Assembly (NCBI RefSeq): GCF_001194135.2
Contig: NC_068987.1
Coordinates: forward strand, 6,452,983-6,509,939
DNA: 56,957 nucleotides
From: Octopus bimaculoides
Taxonomy: Eukaryota
Reading direction: 5' to 3'
The position numbers were made by a program, and so were the translations under genes. A model generated the notes under the pieces. The model ran no database searches, was not told where the DNA came from, and worked only from the letters and a program-made list of their open reading frames with translations. Below, in pieces: positions 48,399 to 56,957 of this stretch (the first letter of the stretch is position 1; each line of letters begins with the position of its first letter).

Positions 48399-49229
48399 AT
48401 ATATATATGTGTATATTTTTATATGTATGTGTGTATAAATATATATGTATATATATATGTGTGTGTGTGTGTGTGTATGTGTGCAGTTTCATTGATTGCA
48501 GCAGAAAATATAGAATAGTCCAGACAGTCCTGTCTCTTCACCCCCCACCACCACAGTATATCTGTGTGTGTGTGTGTCGCTCTCTCTCTTTTATTCTCAT
48601 TGTGTTTATCTCTTTCTCTCCCCTCTCTCTCTCTTTCTTTTTGTCTCTCTGATTGACTCAGTGGTGAGTTGCTGAATTGCAGCCAGTGTGTGCAGAAGAA
48701 ACTAAGCTATGTATTGATCACACGAGAGTGTGTGCTTGTGTGTGTGTGTGTGTGTGTGGCCATTTTAAAGTCACATGTTGTCTAAGAACACACACACACA
48801 CGCAAGTATGCTTGTATACAAATATATTTACTTGTTTTACTCACTCAAAACACACACACACACACACACACGCCTACAAGTCTACACATTTGTATGGGAA
48901 AAAATATTAAAACAAAGAGAACATGCTCTCTTTCTTTCTCATTTTCACACACACACACAAAGGCATTTATTTAGTGTGGCATGTGTTTACACCTATAATC
49001 CTAAGAATTTACTTCTATACACACACAGACAGATGTAAATTGATCTCTAAATATATCTGGAAGTACATCTCCAAATATATCTGGAAAAGGCTGTAGGGAT
49101 ATATGTAGAACATTTTTAGAAGCCCTACATTCTAAATATTATCAAAAGTGCATCAAAATGACTTGGCTTTTGTCTTTCGAGCCAAGAAATATGTTTTAGC
49201 CTTTAGCAGTTTCTCACCTCTTACCAGGC

Positions 49230-49500
49230 CTACATATTGCTCATCTACTATGAAGAATGGCCCATCTGTGCCGAGATAATTACTTCAGACCTAAGGAGTG
49301 GAGGCCATCAACAACTTCTCCCCACTGTTCTAGACATTGGGTTGTCTTTTCTGTTTATTTCCAGTCAAATCTATATTTTTTTCTTCTCTACCTCAGTAGA
49401 GCTATTTTCAGTGTATCTTTCCTTCTGCCTCCCTCATGAGTTCCAGACTGTTTCGCTGAGAGAACACCTTCTTCTCCCAACAGGTCTTGTCGGCTTTGAA
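49230..49500 (-). mobile_element. Decayed RTE-like LINE C-terminus
   Basis: Minus: TVWNS*GRQKER...KTTQCLEQWGEVVDGLHSLGLK* resembles WNPxGxRKRGRP...AQDRxxWRxLVDGLCS. Confidence 0.4.
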
Positions 49501-49579
49501 GGTGTGTTGACCTGATGCAAACCCATTTTTACCTCTGGGAAGATATGGTTCATAGTAGTCTAGATTCTATTCTTTGATC

Positions 49580-49813
49580 CAGTGGTTCTCCGCTATTTTT
49601 AACTTACTCCTCTTTTACTCAGATGACCCCCACCCCTAGCCATTCAGTGCTTAAAAAATCCTATTTTATTTTTATAATTAAATATTAAGAATTGTATTAA
49701 AAAATTGTTATTATGTATTATAGAAGTATAACCAATTTATTGCAGATAAATTTTACCAGCAAAATCTTTTATGAGCCCCCAAGTGTCATATGAACCCCTG
49801 TTGAGAGCAACTG
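49580..49813. mobile_element. hAT-superfamily MITE with near-perfect 8-bp TSD
   Basis: TIRs cagtggttctc / gagagcaactg. TSD ctttgatc (49572-49579) versus ctttgacc (49814-49821). Confidence 0.75.
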
Positions 49814-50485
49814 CTTTGACCTATCCAGCATGGGAGGTCATATAAGGAGCTTGCTCTCCACTAGCATAGCTCTGAGGATCAGTGAGGTAAACATGTCACA
49901 ATACCACAGCAAGGATTGGATCTTGTGGCAGACTTGAGATAATACACCCTACTAATTGTTGTCATTCTCAGCCATATCCAGAGAAATAAAATCTACTCTC
50001 TCCTCAGCTATAATCCTTCAGTATTTTTTCATTGCCAAAAGACACCCCTTGTTTTTCTGGGCAAATGCTTGATCCAATAATCATAGGTTTTTGTCCTTGT
50101 CGATGTTTCTGACACTCTGCTGGGAGGGACACTGTGGCGTAATTAAGCAGCTGTAAAATTTGAGTTAGAAAACCCTATTTGCAAGTTGCAAATATGATGT
50201 TCTCCTTCTGAGCTTTTCTGTGACCGGATCCAGGCCATGGAAAAGTTTCCCACATTTGTTGCACTCAACAAGAGACTATTGAGTTGTTATCCATTGGTCT
50301 TCATGAGAATATTAACACATTAATGACAAAATGTAGGGATAAATTTTGTATACGTGTGTGTGTATGAGTATACACAGAGTGAGGAATATGTATGTATATG
50401 TAATCTTACTTATATATGCATGAATATATATATATAGTGTGTATATATATATGTGTGTATATATATATGTGTGTGTATATATATA

Positions 50486-50591
<106 letters not shown>

Positions 50592-50934
50592 CGTACCCAT
50601 GACATTTTTTAATAAGAAACCAACCCATCTGTTGTAGTGGTTCAACAGCTACTTGCAGACACTTGAAAACATAAGACTATTATTACACCACACTAAAATA
50701 ATCTCATCAGTCTGACCTAGAGAAACGCAGTCACTCATAATCACACACTCATTCAAATAACTACATAATTAACTTTTTATTTGTCCGGGCCTCAGTTACG
50801 CATTCTCTCTCATGTACCATACACATTCAGTTCTCCTAGGTTTTATAACAATCTCAATTAAAAGCTTTGAGTATAACACCATTCATTGACCCTAGACTAA
50901 TCTAGATTTAAATGTGTCATAAATCATTATCATC

Positions 50935-51153
50935 ATTACTGTTGTCGTTGTTGCCCTTTTAACTATTACTTCTCCATGCTGGCATGGGTCAGACGGAGTG
51001 TGTTGAAGCAGATTATCTTCTGCTGGATGCCCACATGGTTCCAGGTTCAGTCCCACTGCGTGGCACCTTGGGCAAGTGTCTTCTACTATAGCCTCGGGCT
51101 GATCAAAGCCTTGTGAATGGATTTGGTGGACAGAAACTCAAAGAAGCCCGTCG

Positions 51154-51208
<55 letters not shown>

Positions 51209-51415
51209 ATGTTTGTGTGTCTTTGTTTGTCCCACCACCATCGCTTGACAACCGATGCTGGTGTGTTTACGTCCCCGTAACTTAGCGGTTCGTCAAAAGA
51301 GACCGATAGAATAAATACTAGGCTTCCAAAGAATAAATCCTGGGGTCGATTTGCTCAACTAAAGGTGGTGCTCCAGCATGGCCACAGTCAAAAGACTGAA
51401 ACAAGTAAAAGAGTA
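50935..51415. mobile_element. RTE tail fragment (minus) fused to a headless SINE family B (plus)
   Basis: ctccatgctggcatgggtcagacgg...ctggatgcc|cacatggttccaggttcagtccc...gactgaaacaagtaaaagag. Confidence 0.85.
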
Positions 51416-51845
51416 TATATATACACACACACACTTCATGTCCTGGTTCCACAGACAGACAGTCTTCATGTGTGTGTGTGTATATATATATATATAGATA
51501 TATAAGGCTTTCCAATCATACTGGTGCAAAAGATATTATGGTGGAGGCAATATGACAAATATAGAAATATCTATACACACACACACACACTCCATGTCCT
51601 GATTCCACAGATAGACAGTCTTCATGTCTCTATCCATTTGGAATGTCACGAATGTGATACATACTTACATGAGGTCCATCCAGCAACATCAGCATGGAAT
51701 GTGCCACGCACACACACATGTATCATTGGTATCCCCCAGACTTCAGAGAATACGGATCTGTGCCCTGAGCTGTTCTAAATGCAGTTTGTAGAGCATCCAT
51801 ATGTCATAACAGAAAACTCACGCTCACACAAATAATAACCTCTAT

Positions 51846-52075
51846 TACATCATCATCATGATTGTCTAACGTCCGTTTTCCGATGCTGGCATGGGTTGGA
51901 CGGCTAGACTGGGGGACTGGCAAGCCAGAAGGCTGCACCAGGCTCCAATCTGATCCGGCAATGTTTCTACAGCTGGATGCCTTTCCTAACGCCAACCACT
52001 TTACAGAGTGTAGTGGGTGCTTTTTATGTGCCACCCGCACAGGAGCCAGTCAGGTGCCACCGGCACGGGGCACTC
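51846..52075 (-). mobile_element. RTE 3'-UTR (family C) copy
   Basis: catcatcatcatg...taacgtccgttttccgatgctggcatgggttggacgg...ctacagctggatgcctttcctaacgccaacc. Confidence 0.9.
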
Positions 52076-52170
52076 TAACAGAGTGTTGCTAGTATTGTAG
52101 CACATTGATAATCTTTCTATTTTATTCTTTTGTATGTGTAGGAATATATACATATCTTTTAATTGTTTCT

Positions 52171-52800
52171 GTCATCCCATAAATAATGCGTTTTTTTAAT
52201 ACTTCTTTTACTTTGCAAAATTAAGATAAAGTTCTTTTTTAATCTAAAATATACTCTCCATTTTCTACAATGCTCTTCCATCTATCTGGTAAACTTGCAA
52301 GGCCCCTCTTTCAAAATTCACTTGTCCGTGACAAAAAATACTCCTCCAGTACTGTTCTGACCTCATCTACAGAATTCATATTTTTTCCGTCCACATGATT
52401 TTGAAGACTGCAGAATAAATGATAATAAGATGGGGCAACGTCTGGCAAATATGGTGGGTGGGGCATTGTTTCCCATTCAAACTGCTCCAGCCTTTGGAAT
52501 GTCATCTTTGTTGTATGTGGCCGAGCATTATCCTGATGGAAGAACACCTTTCGTCTTCAAACCAAAGATGGTCGCTTTTCATCTAACGTTGACTTAAGCC
52601 ACCCCCAAACTGCTCGCTGTAGATCTCCTTTGTTATCGTTTGGTTTGGGTTTAAAAGTTCAAAGTGGACTAAACCTTTCATATACCCACCAAACAGATAA
52701 CAACACCTTACATAGATGAAGACCTTCTTTAGCTTAGGGTGCCAGTGTTTCTCCTTTCCTTACCCAGTCTTTGGCACTTGATATTTTTATAGGGAACCCA
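52171..52800 (-). pseudogene. Decayed mariner (DD34D-type) transposase, C-terminal half plus one TIR remnant
   Basis: Frameshifted translation WVPYKNIK..WVRKGET..GLHLCKVLLSVWW..KGLVHFELLNPNQTITKEIYSEQ..FFHQDNARPH..HPPYLPDVAPSYYHLFCSLQNH..KRGLASLPDRWKSIVENGEYILD*. TIR-like gtcatcccataaataatgcg at 52171-52190. Confidence 0.9.
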
Positions 52801-53291
52801 TTATTATTAACTTTCCAGTATAATTTCTGTTTCCATTCATAAAAAGGCAATGTTTTTATGAGTGAAATGTGAAATTTTTCTGAAATATGTTGATGGAAAT
52901 TTTAAACAACTGAAATACCTTTAAAAACGGTTCTAATCCATCATCAGTTGTTATTCCAAATGATAGACGGATCTTAATGCTGCATGAACTTGATAACATA
53001 GAAATGCAATTTTGATCGATGAGTGCCAATGTCTTGTTTATTCATTTCGTTCGGTACAATTCTACAGCAATCCATTTTGGATTGCAGTTGCATGTGTAAC
53101 AGGATCGACAAAATACAAGCAATGATTAACTGTCAGGTGCAGAAAACCAATTTAATTTGCTGGTATTGTGCGGCGCCTAGAGAGTAACTTACAACTATTT
53201 TCTGGTAAAACAATGTTACACATATTTTATCATCCACTGCAACCAGGAAACACCTTTAAGAAACAATTTCAAGCCCTCATTCTCTCCTTTA

Positions 53292-53534
53292 TTAACCATT
53301 TTGCCTGTCTTGTCTATCCCTTGTAATTCACAAAACGTATATTCCCTAGGGTCCCTGCATCATATGTAATACACGTTATCAATTTTTTTTTTCAACCACT
53401 AGAATAACTTGGAACTTATAAAAGAAAATCTTTATATTACTCAGAACATATGAAACGGGCTAACAAAAGGTCTGAAATCAAGCGTGGGCGTTCGGGCAAA
53501 TTTCTGATAACACTTTAGTCAGGCAAAGGGTTAA
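53292..53534. mobile_element. piggyBac-type MITE with TTAA ends
   Basis: ttaa-ccattttgcctg ... caggcaaaggg-ttaa. Confidence 0.7.
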
Positions 53535-53801
53535 ACATTCGATATACCCAGGTTGTTACGTTATTCAAAGAAAGGAATCAAAAGGAGTAGATTTGGTTGT
53601 TTCAGTGGTAAAGTTTTAGAATTAGGCATGGCAGTGTGGTTATGAAGCTCATTTTGCAACCACCTGGTTTCAGGAGCGGACAAGTCGGAGCGTCACCACA
53701 TCCCCTTCCGCCGCTTTTTCTTTNNNNNNNNNNNNNNNNNNNNNNNNNNNNNNNNNNNNNNNNAAGTTGAAGGGGGTGTTGTGACCTTCACCTATTGTAT
53801 A

Positions 53802-55159
53802 ATATATAAATGTACATTCATATACAATATACTTAATACTATACAGAGAGCGCGATTTATTTTGAAGGGTTTAGAGTTAGGGTTAGGTTTACGGTTAGGG
53901 TTTGGGTTTTAGGGTTTGCGTTAGGGAATTCCGTCCCTAACCGTAACTCTAACCACGAACCCTAACCCTGACAATAAAACCCTAACCCTAACACCGTAGT
54001 GAAGATCGTGCAGGTGTTACGGAAAAGGCCGATCTTTGGTAAAGATCGCCGAAGACACTTTTTACGGAAAAGGCCGATATTTAAGAACTCGTACCGAAAG
54101 ATCGCCAATATTCGCTATAGCTGTGATAATAGACCCTGTGGATAAACTATGAGATGAGAATGAACTCGTATTTTCTTGGTTTGTCTTATCTTCATTCGTT
54201 CACCTAGTTTAAACCGTCAAGAAATATGGCTGGCAACTACTTGAGGTCATTTTATCATACGCTGAGGAGAAAATATGGCTACTTCTGTTGCTTAAACGTT
54301 GACGCAAAAAATACCGCTTGCGCTTGTGTTAGCAATAAGTGTCATTACACGTCCAAACAGCGTTCATTTAAAATGTTTTGTACGTAACATACCATGACTT
54401 TTGAAAATAATCTACCAACTTCGGATCGTTTGTAATAGTTGTAATATGAAATAGATCAATAAGGGCCGCTTATGTGAAGTCACAGTAGTTTTGGTAAAAC
54501 TCGTTATGTATATGCGTCGGGACCTCTGTATTTAAGTAGTATTGTATCTTCTATCTACTATGGAGCCCTGGGCCGATTAATGCCTCGTGAGCAGGCGGAA
54601 ACTGTGTAGAACTCCGTTGCCTGGCAACCAATGTTGGTTTGTTTACGTTTCGTAAATTAGCTGTAGAACAAAAGAGGCGGAGAGAATAAGTATCAGGTTA
54701 AAAACAAAAAAAGGATTGTAGTCTATTTATTCGACTACACAGTTTAAGGCGGTGCCCCAGGAGGGCTGCAATCCAGTGAATGAAACAAATAAAGTTAGGC
54801 CAGTCGTCTCAACCTCAAAAACGTCACACGGTGGTTTATAGTATTCCGCTGCGTCGAGATCCGGAAAATACTTCCACTTTCATGGAGTTCTGAAAACCGA
54901 AGTGTCATAATTTTCACTAGCGGTTATATATAAATGTACATTCATATACAATATACTTAACATTCGCTATATCTGTGAAAACAGACCCTGAGAAAATGAG
55001 AATGAACTCGTATTTTCTTGGTGTGTCTTATCTTCATTCGTTCACATAGTTTAAACTGTCAAGAAATATGGCTGGCAACTGCTTGAGGTCATTTCATCAT
55101 ACGCTGAGGGAAAATATGGCTACTTCTGTTGTTTAAGCGTTGACGCAAAAAATACCGCT
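53802..55159 (+). repeat. Local direct duplication of a ~235-bp unit (53802-54318 including the insertion; 54926-55159)
   Basis: Shared tataaatgtacattcatatacaatatacttaa...gagaatgaactcgtattttcttgg...gttgacgcaaaaaataccgct. Confidence 0.9.
53839..54106. mobile_element. ~270-bp insertion with head-to-head telomere-like repeats, hairpin and tandem core repeats
   Basis: Defined by comparison with the empty paralogous site at 54951-54970. Possible AATA duplication. Confidence 0.75.
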
Positions 55160-55720
55160 GAGGCTTTTGACAACGTATTTCTGTTTCAACTGGTTGTTTT
55201 TAACATATTTACAATACTTTTTAAACCTACTAAATACAGTAGTTCTAGAATATTTAAACAATTTTCTTACCTTGTCCCTTTGTTCAATAGAAAACTAACA
55301 TGTCGGCCAATGGAGTCACAGTGAAGACTAGTATTTTTCAATCTCTATTTTTTTCTTCCTCGAATCATATTTTAATCGGTAACATCTTTTCCTTTTGAAG
55401 TTCCAGACGATTATTCATATTTTATCGATCTGTGAAGTTTTTTTGTATATGTATTGGTGTAAATCGGACATTCTTGAGTGCCGTTGATATAAAAATAAAA
55501 CGTAGGCTTCGATTGAAAGAATAGCACTACTAAAGAGTTTATAGTGGTATTTTACGACCGAGGTACAGAACATTCTAGCTATGCTAAGACCAACCGCTTT
55601 AGATAAAACTGCTCTTCAGATTAAGACATCCTTGCTCTAGAGATTAGAACAAATCACTGCTGTCTAGTCTTGTTTTCAGCAACAGAAGAGGTTTCATTAG
55701 AACGACCAAATAAGGCGTTG

Positions 55721-55728
55721 CCGGAAGT
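55721..55728 (+). promoter_or_regulatory. ETS-type motif CCGGAAGT
   Basis: Exact consensus match. A strong minus-strand donor AAG|GTAAGA lies at 55271/55270. Confidence 0.25.
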
Positions 55729-56899
55729 AACATATAATCATTTAAGAGAAAACGAAAGTAAACGTGTTTGTCTTAATACCTTTCTTTATTAATAATTTGT
55801 TTGTATTACTTAATTACATAATTGGTTTATAATTGCATGTATTAATTAATAACAGTTATAATTTATTGGTAAAGTAATTATATTTGTTTTACAAACAAAA
55901 TGAAAGCAACTCCACTCCCGCCAAAAATAAAAACAACAAAAGCTTACGAGAAAGAAGGAAAAGTCTTTATGCTCCTTAATGGTGAAAATACAATTTGGTA
56001 CATTTGTAACAAGATTTTTATGTAACTGAATGAAAAACTGTAAATATTACCGAATATCTTTGTATTAACAGATTATTACGACTTTGTGAAACGTAATGGT
56101 TTTGTCAGATAAATTCGTCCGTATTTCTCTTTCATTTCTGCTTGGTATTCATTCGATCGTTGTTTGTCTGGAAATATTTAAACTGTATTAAAATTTCAAA
56201 AATAATAAGCGAAAGTTGCAGAGCTTAAAAAAAGAATATTTTTCGTGTAAATTCAAATGACATCGGTAAAATAAATAGAGGGAGGAAAGGGGAAAACTAT
56301 TTTAACTGTTTGTGGTGATTAAATGCTGATACGAAAATATGGATATAGGTGACATTCGTAGTTGTCTATTTGCATTTCATTACTACGAATACTGTTAGTA
56401 GCTTTTTAAATGGGGCAAATGTGGGGAAAAAATGTTTTATAACAAAATGGAACACATGCATATATATTTACGTTCATATTCATACGCATATTTTATAGAC
56501 GTGTTGATGTAATGTCTATTATATAACTGAGAATATTATGAAACAGCCGTAAACAAATGGAATAAACATCTATTCACTCACCTCACTTCTCATATATATA
56601 TGTACTCACACACACATATATATATATACATACATACAGATATACATATATACATACATATATGCATACATATATATATGGCTATCGCCGAGCAAACACG
56701 CGAACTTACTTCGTCCCTACTTTCAAGTTCGTGCCTCACAGCGTTCATACACACATAATTTTTCTCGTCTGGCCGTAAAGCCTTTTCTGTTTGTTTTCCT
56801 GTCTTGTTTTTTGTCCGTCACTACATTCCTCCATGGCAAGGTTTAATTTGTGTTTTACAAATTTAATTTGCGGACCATGGGAAGAGCCGTTTTAACCAT

Positions 56900-56957
56900 G
56901 CGTCCTGCCCAGCTCTTCGAAACGCCGGTGTTAAAACGGGGGTAGCTGATGAAGAAG
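56900..56957 (+). ncRNA. Candidate non-circularly permuted hammerhead ribozyme (truncated by the window end)
   Basis: GCGUC|CUGCCC (56900-56910), CUUC-GAAACGC (56915-56925), GGGUAG-CUGAUGA-A-GAAG (56940-56957). All three helices pair and all core residues are present. Confidence 0.55.

Noticed and set aside
53869-54015. Ancestral chromosome end-to-end fusion site
   Set aside because: The same centre and flank recur at 29021-29165 and an empty site is visible, so this is a dispersed element.
56833-56945. Short ORFs MARFNL... and MGRAVLT... at the right edge
   Set aside because: 20-22 codons with no recognisable product. The RNA-structure reading explains the sequence better.

Overview
AT-rich, repeat-dense eukaryotic DNA with seven assembly gaps and many (TA)n/(TG)n/(CA)n microsatellites. 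The SINE content resembles an octopus/cephalopod genome, which is an inference from repeat style and not a database match. No confidently identifiable host gene is present: there is one candidate first coding exon at 2909-2995 and some weak promoter or splice signals. Most of the window is transposon-derived: several tRNA-headed SINE families, 3' fragments of RTE-clade LINEs, a Penelope-like element (PLE) with a decayed GIY-YIG endonuclease, a decayed mariner transposase, hAT- and piggyBac-type MITEs, and palindromic elements carrying TTAGGG-like repeats. The most notable signal is a recurring set of hammerhead-ribozyme (HHR) motifs. These are (i) a tRNA-Ile-headed element whose HHR-containing tail is present twice as a ~160-bp inverted repeat (43653-44048), (ii) decayed minimal PLE-type HHRs at ~10.6 kb, ~21.96 kb and ~22.5 kb, and (iii) at the right edge (56900-56957) a complete set of HHR core residues and helices in a non-circularly permuted order, truncated by the window end. 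All ribozyme calls come from reading the sequence by eye and have not been tested.
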